DNA from: Podarcis cretensis
Taxonomy: Eukaryota
NCBI GenBank assembly: GCA_951804945.1
Contig: OX638153.1
Coordinates: 37,758,001-37,822,000 of the forward strand
DNA: 64,000 nucleotides
Direction of reading: 5' to 3'
Of this stretch, positions 14,498 through 25,342 are shown piece after piece. The notes beneath the pieces were generated by a model that was not told the origin of the DNA, ran no database searches, and saw only the letters and a list, made by a program, of their open reading frames with translations. The position numbers and the translations under genes were made by a program. The stretch's first letter is position 1. Each line of letters begins with the position of its first letter.

Positions 14498-14734
14498 CAG
14501 TTGTACCTCAGCTCCTGAACGCCTTGGAAGTCGAATGTTCCGGCTCCTGAACAATTGAAAAGCGGGAGTGTTCCAGTTTTCGAACGTTCTTTTGGAAGCC
14601 GAATAGCCGAAGGGGCTTTTGTGGTTTCTGATTGGCTGCAGGAGCCAATCAGAAGCTGTGCTTTGGTTTCCGAACGTTTCAGAAGTCAAACAGACTTCCA
14701 GAACAGATTACGTTCGACTTCCGTGGTTTGACTG
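14498..14734. mobile_element. Tc1/mariner-type MITE (SLC35G1 intron 2)
   Basis: TA TSD, CAGT/ACTG termini; same family as 10957 in reverse orientation. Confidence 0.82.
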
Positions 14735-14839
14735 TATAAATAAATGGCAATAATAATAATGACCAAAACAACAACAATAAATAATTCAAAGTGCATTTTT
14801 TCTTAGCCTTGCCTCATATAAAGGAGGCATAATACTCAC

Positions 14840-15020
14840 CTGTAGTATATTAAACCAGGAAGGACAAATGTCATTTGGAAAACACATCTAATGGCACTGA
14901 CTTCCACTGAATGCACACCTTCAATTTTCTTGAGGAATAAAGATGCCACAGAGAAGAGAAAGGCAGACAGCAGCGTATAGAACAGGCCAAGCCCTGGACA
15001 GGTCCTTTTCCCCTTTATTC
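14840..15020 (-). CDS. SLC35G1: SLC35G1 coding exon 2 (181 nt)
   Basis: Acceptor ttccag and donor gtgagt. Encodes KRTCPGLGLFYTLLSAFLFSVASLFLKKIEGVHSVEVSAIRCVFQM, recognisable as the SLC35G1 EamA-repeat start. Confidence 0.95.
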
Positions 15021-16169
15021 CTGGAACAAAACAGTTTCCAGTTAGCAATTAACAATTTAGCTGTAATTTCTTCAACTGAATTTGAAACGGTTCTTTAAAA
15101 AAAAAATGTCTACTGTACTTTGAGGAGGGAAAGAAACAAAAGAAATACGTTTAGTGCAATTGAAGGTATACGGTTGGGTTTTTTTGTAAAAAGTTAACAA
15201 AAAATTTTGACATGATGCTATGGACTATAATTTTACTCTTTCAAAAAGTTCTATGTTTATCTGCATGTTGCATTTTTTCAACTTTTTTTTAAAAGCAGTC
15301 TCAGAGTGGGATGTATAAATCCATGCACCATGTTTGCAAAATAGGTCCATTTGCCACATTCATTACATAGCCCAACCAACCATTCTGATAAATTTTGGCA
15401 TCAAGAAATATTAACCTGCGTTCCCGAGGCTATACGAACGAAAATTACCGTAGGCTCAAGCATCTATCCCAGTGTTTTCCCAAGCATTGTTGGGTAATAC
15501 TTAAGAAACCAACTTTACATCTTATTTGTATTAGGAAAAATCTTGAGTTGTTAAAGCAAATGTAAAATATTAGTTTTCTTATTTAACTGTAATGAATAAA
15601 GATATAACTTACACCCACTAAATATGGTTATTTCTACTTGTTTCATTATATATACAGTGTGATACCCTATTATTTTACAATGAGCTGGCTACTTAGAAGA
15701 AGTTATCCTGTTGTGCAAATATCTTAACTCTAATATCCCAATAATATGAACATAACTCTGGGTAGAGGTGGTAGAATGCCACCAGAGTTTCTTTCCCACA
15801 TTTATATCCAAAACAAATATAATGCTGTTTTGTTAAAAAATATATATATAAAAGAACCTTGAATCCTGGAACTGTTAGCTGTGTAGGGATACCATCTAAG
15901 AAGATTAGAGAGGCAACAGAGTTATCTTCAGAAGAAAGCAGTGGTTTGGCAGGGCATTTCTGTCGGTTGCTAAGCAACTTGGAATCACAACCTGGAAGCT
16001 GATAAGCAACCTGGAAGCTGAGAATCAATGTTTTCTAACATTCAACTGCTGTGAATCCAAGGTGACAGAATATGCACAGACATGCTTTGGCTGCCTTGGT
16101 CCCATAGTCAAAACAAAATAAAAAAATTATTTGCAGTAGCACCTTAGAGACCAACTAAAATCTCATACC

Positions 16170-16305
16170 CAGGCTTCCTCAAACTCGGCCCTCCAGATGT
16201 TTTGAGACAACAATTCCCATTGTCCCTGACCACTGGTCCTGCAAGCTAGGGATCATGGGAATTGTAGGCCAAAAACATCTGGAGGGCCGAGTCTGAGGAA
16301 GCCTG
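16170..16305. mobile_element. hAT-type MITE nested in a palindromic repeat
   Basis: TIR CAGGCTTCCTCA; 8-bp TSD CTCATACC. Confidence 0.88.
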
Positions 16306-17120
16306 CTCATACCAATAACAAACTTAGTTGGTCTCTAAGGTGCTACTGGAAAGTATTTTTTAATTTGGTATGAGGAGTTGGACATGGATTTTACCACGGT
16401 TAAGTAGACAGGGTCCTTTTACCAGCCTGCCTGCATGAAGGTGCAAACAACTCTCTTCTCGATAAAATCAATTCCTGGGAATAAAATCTGAGCACTTCTA
16501 CTTTTAGCCGATTATTTTGAATCTAAAAGTCATCTGGTTAAGTTTCCCACTTAACACAACACTTTCCTCGTTTTGTCCTAGAAGAGGAATCTACTTATGG
16601 AATTCCCTGGAGGCATTCCATGGAGCAGAAGGGGAGAAATTTGGTTCAATTTGCATCTAAAGGCAAACTGTATCAAATTCGCACTTCCTAAAACAATGAA
16701 AGAATCAAAACATTGGCATCCTCCAAAATTCACGCTCATCCAGAATTTGCTGTGTAGTTCTCCAACCAAAGAATGCTTATGCATATATTAGGGGGGGAAG
16801 TGTGCATACAAATGAATATATTAGTGAAAATAACATGCAAAAATTCATAACATTAGGAGAAATTGATTGCAAAAATGTGCTCACTAGTCAAAACTGCACA
16901 TAAAAATGTGTCAGGAAAAATTCACACTAAATGCTGAAGAATTTTCAAGAGGATTTTTTTTAAAAAAAAATTCACAAATTGCTAAAGAAATGTAGAGAAC
17001 TGAGAGAACTGAAACCAACAACTCTTCCATCCTTTTGCGCAATGGGTCTGTTGTGGCCAAGTCCCCAGAAAGCTTTATCATCACTTCTGAGTAAACTGGA
17101 ATTTTAAATATGCTTTAGTA

Positions 17121-17243
17121 CAGCCTTCACCAACCTAGTGTCCACCAGATGTTTTGGACTACAACTCCCATCAACACAACTGACTGGGGCTGATGGGGGT
17201 TGTAGTCCAAAGCATCTCAAGGGCACCAGGTAGGTGAAGACTG
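17121..17243. mobile_element. hAT-type MITE
   Basis: Imperfect TIRs CAGCCTTCACC / GGTGAAGACTG; 8-bp TSD CTTTAGTA. Confidence 0.85.
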
Positions 17244-17846
17244 CTTTAGTATGTAAGAATATAGGAAGAGTTATGCCATAACAGACCCATTGCGCATAAG
17301 GATGGAAGATTACAACACTGGATCATGTAGCAACAGGATGTAAAAAGGATCCAACCAAGCTACTTAAAAAAAAACCTGAAATCAATACAGATAGCTTGGG
17401 GTTCATCCTATGACGTTGCATATTCTCATCTTGCGAAATCCACCATCTCCTCTCGCAATCTCCCTATCTCAGATTCTCTTCCTATTTTCCTAATCTATCT
17501 CGAAAAGCCCTTTCATTTTCTAGCCCTTTTTCTTCCTGTTTATCTGTGGAGATGTCCTCCTTACCTCCACATATTCCTAAACACCAGTTCTAGCTCATGT
17601 TCAGAACTTTCTCTTTGTTTTCAGTCTACTCCAAAATTCTAGACTGCCACAGGCAAACTTGGCACAACGTATAGGTTCTTCACAACACATTTGTCTTCAA
17701 AATCCCCAGAAGTTCTTAATATGGCGATTTAATGTGACCACATACTGTTGTGGTGGAAAGGCAACCAATAAATGAAATGAAATGAAAGTTACATCTACAT
17801 GGGTTTAACTTTCACTGCATTTTACTGGCTTTCTATCAGACCAGTA

Positions 17847-18080
17847 CAGTGGTACCTCGGGTTACATACGCTTCAGGTTGCATATGCTTCAGGTTACAGA
17901 CTCCGCTAACCGAGAAATAGTGCTTCAGGTTAAGAACTTTGCTTCAGGATGAGAACAGAAATCATGCAGCGGCAGCAGCGGGAGGCCCCATTAGCCAAAG
18001 TGGTGTTTCAGGGTAAGAACGGTTTCAGGTTAAGTACGGACCTCCGGAACGAATTAAGTACTTAACCTGAGGTACCACTG
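17847..18080. mobile_element. Tc1/mariner-type MITE (second subfamily)
   Basis: TA TSD; TIR CAGTGGTACCTC / GAGGTACCACTG; internal CTTCAGGTT repeats. Confidence 0.88.
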
Positions 18081-21000
18081 TACTTGAAGCACCTGGGCAG
18101 TAGTTAGTAACAAACAACACCTGGGCCTCTAATTTGTGCATAATCTTATGCATGTCTATTCAGATTTAAATCCCACTGAGCTGAATGGCCCTTACTCCCA
18201 TGTAAGTGTGTTTACAGGAGAATCCCCAGTTATGTGAGGGTTCTGTTCCTGGCCGCCGCATGGATCACTGGGATATGTGTAAGTGAGGATTCCCCCGTTC
18301 TGCCCCTACCCAACCCCCTTTCGGCACTGCAAATGGCGTGTGTGTCAGTGGAAGCGCATGTGCTGATTGTGCACAAGTGGGGAGACACCTGTACAGGAAG
18401 AGGCAAAATCTGAAGAACACATTTGGCAGGGGGGTTGGTTTCAAAATATCATCTGTGGCAGGTATATAAGCAAACTCCAGTAACAGTGAACTAAACAGGG
18501 CTGCCCACTCTCTTTCAGAAAAGCTCCAGAGAAGGGGCCTCTGTGACATATTGGAACAGAAAAGAATAGATTTCAAAGGATGCTAAATCTCAAGGCATAT
18601 TACTGCTTGAGGTAAAGCATACACATCTCTGTTTAATCATAATGGGTTTTAATCTAAAGTGTTATTAGAAGAACAAACGTGCCATTCTCTCTCTGAACCT
18701 ACAGTGTAGCTGTTGGCAGAGCTTCACAACATTAGCCAATACAGACCGATATAGATTTGATCCCTTAATTGCATTATTGCCCCAATTTGCTCTTGTTGTC
18801 CAATACAGTCCCACATTAATGGAAATTTTTGTCTGAAATATTGGATTAAAATAAGGGGACTCAGAATGGACTGAAGCTGAAGAAGGAAAAAAAGCCATGC
18901 TGATCTACAGAGTGAAGAATAAGAACAAAATATCAAGTTTCGGTGTAGTAGTCTACTTTGATAAAAGATAAAAGATAAAAGTGCCAGACTTCTGCACAGA
19001 CTTCGTATATGACACTAATTCTCTGAAGTTGTTGCTGTATAAAAGGATGTTTAGGGATGCTGGAAAAGCGAACCTCTGCATTATTAACAAAACACCAAAC
19101 TTTCATATAATGAAGGGAAGGTATCATAGTCAATTGTACTTTCTTTCTCTTTCTTTTTTTTAAAAAAAAGCTGGGCTGGTATTCCAGACTAGCAAAGCAA
19201 ACACTGTAGAAACGAATGACCTTCTTACTGCAATTAAAAAGAAAGAAAAATATTATAGGTTTTAGAGCATCTGTCCTTTCAATGTAAACTTTAAGAACAG
19301 AATAAGATAACATTCCTCTCTTCTTCAAGCGCTTTCTTGGCAAATGCCTCCAACTCATTGGCAGAGCACATATCTTGCATGCAAAGGTGCCTCTATGTAG
19401 ATCTGGGAAATATGCCTGCTGAAACCCCGGGGGAACTGCTGCCAGTCAGTGTCAACAATACTGAGCTAGATGGATCAATGGTCTGACTTTGTATAAAGCA
19501 GCTTCCCATGTCCCTATGTTCTCAAAGCACAGTAGGTTTCCATTCAGCACTGACAAAACAGTGACAAAAGGTGTTCAGTGCCAAAGCACAGCAAATAGTG
19601 ACACCCACAATATCTCTGCTGGGTATATCAAGTTTTAAGACACAGTGTTATTCTATCAGTATTCCATTTGCCTAATGCTGTTTTATGGCTAGCTCCGCTC
19701 TCAAGAGAAGGATTAAAATGGAGAACTGAAATTACAATAAATAGGTTTTCTATATGGAGGAGCATTCAACCACACAAATCCTCATCCACCTTAAGTTTGA
19801 AGTGGCACAATCCAGACAACATCCAAAATAAGTAGGTCCCCAAAATGGGATGATCCTACAACCTACTCAACAGCTCCCAGAATGTATCAACGCCCATGCT
19901 GGATCAGGCCAGTGGCCCATTTAGTCCAGTATCCTGTTGTCACAGTGGCCAACCTGATGCCTATGGGAAACCTGTAAGTCGGACCTAAACACAACAGCAC
20001 TCTCCTCTCCTGCAGTTTCCAGCAACTGGTATTCAAAAACATTGCCTCCAACTATGGAAAAAGAGTATAGCCATCCTGATTTATAGTCACTGATAGCCTT
20101 TACCTCCCTGAATTTGTCTAATCCTTTACATTATTGACAGACGCTTCAAAACACTGTGTGCAAGACCAGTGTCTCTGACTGTCATAGGAACTTACCACTA
20201 GAAATGCAAAATAATATTAAAGACTCTCTTGATTTGGAAAAGTGGTTGTGGCGGCAGCAGGGGAAAAACAAAATAGTTCATGTGTTATCTAGGTCTCTGG
20301 ACAATCCTTTGCTTTGTAACGTCTCGCCAACTCGTATAAACTTGGACTAAAACTTCTACATAGCAGATTTCTCCGCAAGCTTAATCCTACAAACTATGAT
20401 CGCTCTTGCTGAAAGCACGGTTACTAGCAGCTCACAAAATGCTAGGTTGACAAATCACCACTCTTTAAAACAAAAATGGTTATGTTCTGAGTGCCTCCCT
20501 TATGGCTCCAAGGGGTAGATAATTTTATAATTAAATATTAACATAGCTTTTCAATGTATGATTAAAATAAACAATATGAGATGGCTTTTCCATTGCCAGC
20601 CTGATTAAACATGATAGTTACATATGTTGATGTAATTATTGTGTACGTTAGCAAGAGAGTGTGCAAGTACAAATTATGCTGTAGAACAAAATATCTTTTG
20701 TTGCAGAATATATTTCATACTACAGTACTTCAGGTCGAGAGAGAGAGAGACACATAGTATAGGACCACCAATAGTTTAGTTACCCCTTTACAAAATATAA
20801 CCACCCTTGTGTTTTCATACACAAGCTACATATCTTCCTATATACATAAAAACGTCAGGCTATCTACACACGCATCCCACTTTGGTGGATTTGTTGTACC
20901 CCATCACAACCAACCCTGGATTTACATGAAGTCAGGGTGCAGTAGGGGAGCTAAAGAGAAGGCAGGTTGCACAACAGCAGTGGCCATGGCATGGGAGAGA

Positions 21001-21300
21001 GAAGAGAGGGATACTGAGAGGGGGGAATTGGTGATTTCAAATAGTGGCAGAAGTCAGAGTAAAGCAGGGGTGGAAGGAAGAGGGAAATTGTGGTTTTAAA
21101 CAACAGCAGAGGTTTGAATGAAGTACCTTCATACAATGGAATATGTGAGGGTTCCGCATCCTTTATCTCTCTCACATGAGGCAGCTGAGGAATGGAAGGA
21201 GAAGTCTAAGTACAGCGAGAAGGGAGAAATGGGGTTGGGAAGGTGAAAAGCAAGTTTGTCCTTATACGAGGAAGGGGAAGTTCTATCTTAAAATGTGGGG

Positions 21301-21301
<1 letters not shown>

Positions 21302-21344
<43 letters not shown>

Positions 21345-21420
21345 GTATTTATACCCCTCCCTCCCTGGCCAGAACTGGGCTCAGGGCAGCTAACACCAAA
21401 TATATAATACATTAAAACAC
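21302..21420 (-). mobile_element. L2-type 3' end with (TTA)n tail
   Basis: Reverse complement resembles 39990-40093 (tgttagctgccctgagcccag...ggg..ataaat). Confidence 0.7.
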
Positions 21421-21475
21421 AAAATCAAATGATGGGGAAGTTGCAACCAGAGAAAGCAGAGACACAGCCCCTAGT

Positions 21476-21977
21476 AAAGGTAAAGGTAAAGGTACCCCTG
21501 CCCGTACGGGCCAGTCTTGACAGACTCTGGGGTTGGTGCGCCCATCTCACTCAAGAGGCCGGGGGCCAGCGCTGTCCGGAGACACTTCCGGGTCACGTGG
21601 CCAGCGTGACAAAGCTGCATCTGGCGAGCCAGCGCAGCACACGGAAACGCCGTTTACCTTCCCGCCAGTAAGCGGTCCCTATTTATCTACTTGCACCCGG
21701 GGGTGCTTTCGAACTGCTAGGTTATAATAATAATAATAATAATTTATTATTTGTACCCCGCCCATCTGGCTGGGTCTCCCCAGCCACTCTGGGCGGCTTC
21801 CATAAAAACCAAAAATACACTAAAATATCACAGATTAAAAACTTCCCTGAACAGGTTGGCAGGCGCTGGGACCGAGCAGCGGGAGCGCACCCCGCCGCGG
21901 GGATTCGAACCGCCGACCCTCCGATCGGCAAGCCCTAGGCGCTGAGGCCTTTACCCACAGCGCCACCCGCGTCCCCC
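21476..21977 (-). mobile_element. Sauria SINE interrupted by an L2-type 3' fragment
   Basis: TSD CACAGCCCCTAGT(A) at 21463 and 21978; SINE body is split at 21723/21853. Confidence 0.92.
21724..21852 (-). mobile_element. L2-type LINE 3' end with (TTA)n tail nested in a SINE
   Basis: AGGTT duplicated on both sides; 3' stem-loop region and (TTA)n tail resemble the L2 copy at 39.6-40.1 kb. Confidence 0.8.
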
Positions 21978-22479
21978 CACAGCCCCTAGTACTCTATAAT
22001 AATTAAATTGCAATTCCCCAATTCCTTACTCAATATCATACACATCGATTTTTACACATAAGCACAGGATTTTAAAAATTGGAAGAAAAGTAAAGCTTAT
22101 TAGGGAATAGATAAGCTGTAGTAAGTGATCTTAGGAGGGCAAAGGTGTTAGAGACCAGCGATGGGAAAGGTTTCTCTTTACCTTTTCAACTTGCCACCAT
22201 GATGTGTTCGGTAAAAGAACTATCCTGCCTTGAACAGGGCGCTGGCAAATTCTAGGTTAAGCCCATGCGCCCTAACTCTTAAAAGTTTTAAAACAACGGT
22301 GAAACGGAATCCCTAAAAATGCATTCTTTTTTTCCTTTTTTTTTTAAAGAGAGCCGCACGTGCATGGCACTGTATATAAACAGAACCACAAATCAAAGAA
22401 CCAAGGAGGACCCAGAGAGAAGAAGAATTGTTGTTGTTGTGACTACCTTAAGCGGATGTATTCAAGGTTAGCAAGGATT

Positions 22480-23280
22480 TGGGCAGAGCCTAAAAGGCGC
22501 AGCTCGCGGGCACCTCGCGTGGAGAGAGGCAAGATGCAGCCGGCCTTGCCACGAGGCCAAGCGGCGAGGGAGCGCCGACTCACCCCGAGGGCGCACCAGA
22601 GCACGGAGACGCCCGCCGGTCTGAGCCTCCGCCCGAGGCCGAGAAGAGGCGCGCAAAGCGTGCGGCGTTGCGCCTCCTCGCCCTGCCTGTTGCCAGCTCG
22701 CCACCCTCCTCTCTCCCCGCCCCGCCTGCCCTCACCCACCGGGCGTCCCGCGTCTCCAAGGGAAACTTCCTCGGAAGCAGCCGCCGTCGCCGAGGCTGGC
22801 AGCGCCCGCTGCCGCTTCCAGGTCGTGCACCTGGCAGAGCCCGCCATCCTCGCCGTTCCTGTCGTGGCCCCCGGGAGGAGGGGGATCTTCTGCCTCCCGC
22901 CGCCCTCCTCCTCCTCCGGCGGCGGCGGCGGCGGCGGCATCCTCCTCGCCGCCCTGGCGCTGCACCATGAGGACCGCTCCTCCGGCTCCGGCTTTGCCAC
23001 AAACTGCTCGCCGGCTCTGTCCGGCGAGGAGCCGGCAACTTCGGTGCGCGTGCGCGGCATGCCGGCCGTGACACCGCCCCCCGCCTGCCTGCCTGCCTGC
23101 CTCGCCTGCTCTGCGCCGGCCGGGCGGCCTGCTTCCCCGCCGAGGGGGATGTTTACATGTCCCGGCGTGAACTGCTGCGACCTCCGCGGGGAAGGTGGCA
23201 GCCGCGAAGGCTCCGTCAGGCCGCGGCGCGAAGCCCCCTCTTCCCCATTTCCCCCGCTCTACCGAGAGCCGCGCGATAAA
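22480..23280. promoter_or_regulatory. CpG island over SLC35G1 promoter and exon 1
   Basis: Abrupt very GC- and CpG-rich block with GC-box-like motifs (CCGCCC) in an otherwise AT-rich, CpG-poor window. Confidence 0.9.
22740..22968 (-). CDS. SLC35G1: SLC35G1 coding exon 1 (MVQRQGGEED...PWRRGTP), 229 nt, phase-1 donor GTGGGT
   Basis: ATG at 22968 in a CpG island. The donor at 22739 gives phase 1, matching exon 2 (G+GA=Gly). The three exons total 229+181+760=1170 nt = 389 aa + stop. The N-terminus is poorly conserved, so the start is less certain. Confidence 0.75.
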
Positions 23281-23763
23281 TTCAGCTCTTCCCAAGCTTC
23301 CCCTCAAATAATATTTTGGTGGAGGGAGAAACTCATGCCAGAAATCATGTGTTGAGGTTGTTCCTGGGTTACCGAAATATCCCTTCGTGTGGTTAGCCAA
23401 GAGAAGCTAGGCTTCCTGCGGTTTAAGTCTCGCTTCTGCCCTTATCTCAGTAGGTGACCTTAGGCAAGCCACCTCAGTTCTCTTAAGACCTCCAGGTATA
23501 GGGCGGAATATAAATTCAATAAATAAATTAAGTAATGAGATACATACTAAAAGCCAACTTGCTTTAAAATGAATTGTTCGGAGGTATGAAATAACGTGCG
23601 AAGCGCTTTGAACACCATGTGTGGTGTGCATGTATATGTTGTTGTTATTTATTATTATTTAAAGTATTTGTTCCCAGGAAGCAATGGGTGGGTTATTTGC
23701 ATTTGCTACAGCTACAGCTGAAAATAGTACTTTTAGGCAAGTGCCTGAAGGGAAGGGCTTGAG

Positions 23764-24083
23764 CAGTGCCAGATTTAGGTATAAGCTAAACAAGCTATAG
23801 TTTAGGGCCCCACTCTCTTGGGGGCCCCCCAAAAAATTAAAGGAAAAAACAAACCTGGATGCACATTTCCAAAATATAAGATTAAAATAAAATAAAATAA
23901 AACCTTAATACAGCAACAGTGGCAAATAGCTTTAGATACCTATTAGGTCCATAAATTACCATATAACATATATTCAACACAAAAAACAGTGACAATTTGT
24001 TATTGACAAAGGGCAGCTGGACATATAAAGGGCTCCATTACCTTCAGTAATTTAGGGACTCATCATACCTAAATCCAGCCCTG
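23764..24083. mobile_element. hAT-type non-autonomous element just upstream of SLC35G1
   Basis: Imperfect TIRs (GATTTAGGTAT / ATACCTAAATC); 8-bp TSD GGCTTGAG. Confidence 0.82.
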
Positions 24084-24184
24084 GGCTTGAGCATGCTCAG
24101 TGATGCATTTTGAAAAGCAGACCACCACCTCCCTCCAAGTATAAGCCATTTTTCGAACTCTTCAAACCGCCGGTTCTCACAATA

Positions 24185-24402
24185 CAGTGGTACCTCTGGA
24201 TACGAACGGGATCCGTTCCGGAGCCCCGTTTGCATCTAGAAGCAAACGTAACTAGCGACGGCACATCTGCGCATGCGCGCGTCACTTTTTGCCGCTTCTG
24301 CGTATGCGTGTGACATCATTTTGAGCATCTGTGCATGCGCAAGCAGCGAAACCCAGAAGTAACGCGCTCAACCCGAAGCGCATTCAACCCGAGGTATGAC
24401 TG
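24185..24402. mobile_element. Tc1/mariner-type MITE (third subfamily)
   Basis: TA TSD; CAGTGGTACCTC / GAGGTATGACTG; related to 35998-36215. Confidence 0.85.
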
Positions 24403-24649
24403 TACAGGCCTTGGAACTGTTTCTGACTGGCCTTGGTTTTGTGCAGCAGCTATATCAGGAAAGCTGCTCAGTCAAGCCTGGCTGTCATCAGAAATATGCA
24501 GTAATAGGAACGGGGGGATCCATAGGAAGCAACCACCTCTTAGGAGCGCTTATATTCTTGTCCAGTAGTCCCTGCGTTTTGGCACATTGTAAAGATTTGT
24601 TGTGGAACAGCCAAGTATGTAGCTAATCTTTGGGAAGTTAGCTCTTGAG

Positions 24650-24903
24650 CATGGGTAGGCAAACTAAGGCCCGGGGGCCGGATCTGGCCCAATCACCTTC
24701 TCAATCCGGCCCGTGGACAATCCGGGAATCAGCGTGTTTTTACATGAGTTGAATGTGTCCTTTTATTTAAAATGCATCTCTGGGTAATTTGTGGGGCATA
24801 GGAATTAGTTCATTCTTATTTTTTTCAAAATATAGTCTGCCGCCCCCGCAAGTTCTGAGGGACAGTGGATAGGCCCCCTGCTGAAAATGTTTGCCCACCC
24901 CTG
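24650..24903. mobile_element. hAT-type non-autonomous element
   Basis: TIR CATGGGTAGGCAAAC / GTTTGCCCACCCCTG; TSD CTCTTGAG / CTCTTAAG (7 of 8). Confidence 0.8.
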
Positions 24904-25056
24904 CTCTTAAGGTTTGCAACACAGGGACAGGGGCATACCTAGGAGTTAGCTAGGCTGGCTGCTGCCAAGGACAGAGGTCCTGGGGAGCGCAGAAGGCACA
25001 CTCCTCCACTCTGGTTTTGAGTGGCTAGGATCCCACCTGCCCATTTGCAAGCTCCC

Positions 25057-25342
25057 TGTTATGTACTGAAGTTCTCACCCTGGGCCAGCAGGGGGATACT
25101 GTAGATAGTTATGCAAATGAAGGATCAAAAGTGACATTCAGTGATTGGATAGTTTGTATGCAAATGAAGGATCGAAAGTGACGTTCAGTGATTGGATAGT
25201 TTTAGAAATTTGCTACAGTAACGTACTGGAACTCTATATAAGCAGGCTGACTGAGCTCTTCAGTTCAGTTCTGTTCTGGCCTCTGAATAAACAAGAGTTG
25301 TTTGAAGAATCGCTGTGTCGTCTGATATGTTCACCCACAACA
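25057..25342 (+). mobile_element. Solo-LTR-like element
   Basis: Starts with TGT, has a 47-bp tandem repeat carrying ATGCAAAT and ATTGG, TATATAA at 25235, AATAAA at 25286, and ends near ...CA. No clear TSD. Confidence 0.6.

Noticed and set aside
22360-23355. 331-aa plus-strand ORF and other long ORFs across the CpG island
   Set aside because: Expected by-product of stop-poor GC-rich DNA antisense to SLC35G1 exon 1; low-complexity translation and a non-ATG start.
22969-23400. N-terminal extension of SLC35G1 suggested by ORF 22732-23400
   Set aside because: It begins at a non-ATG codon and runs through the likely promoter; the first in-frame ATG is at 22968.
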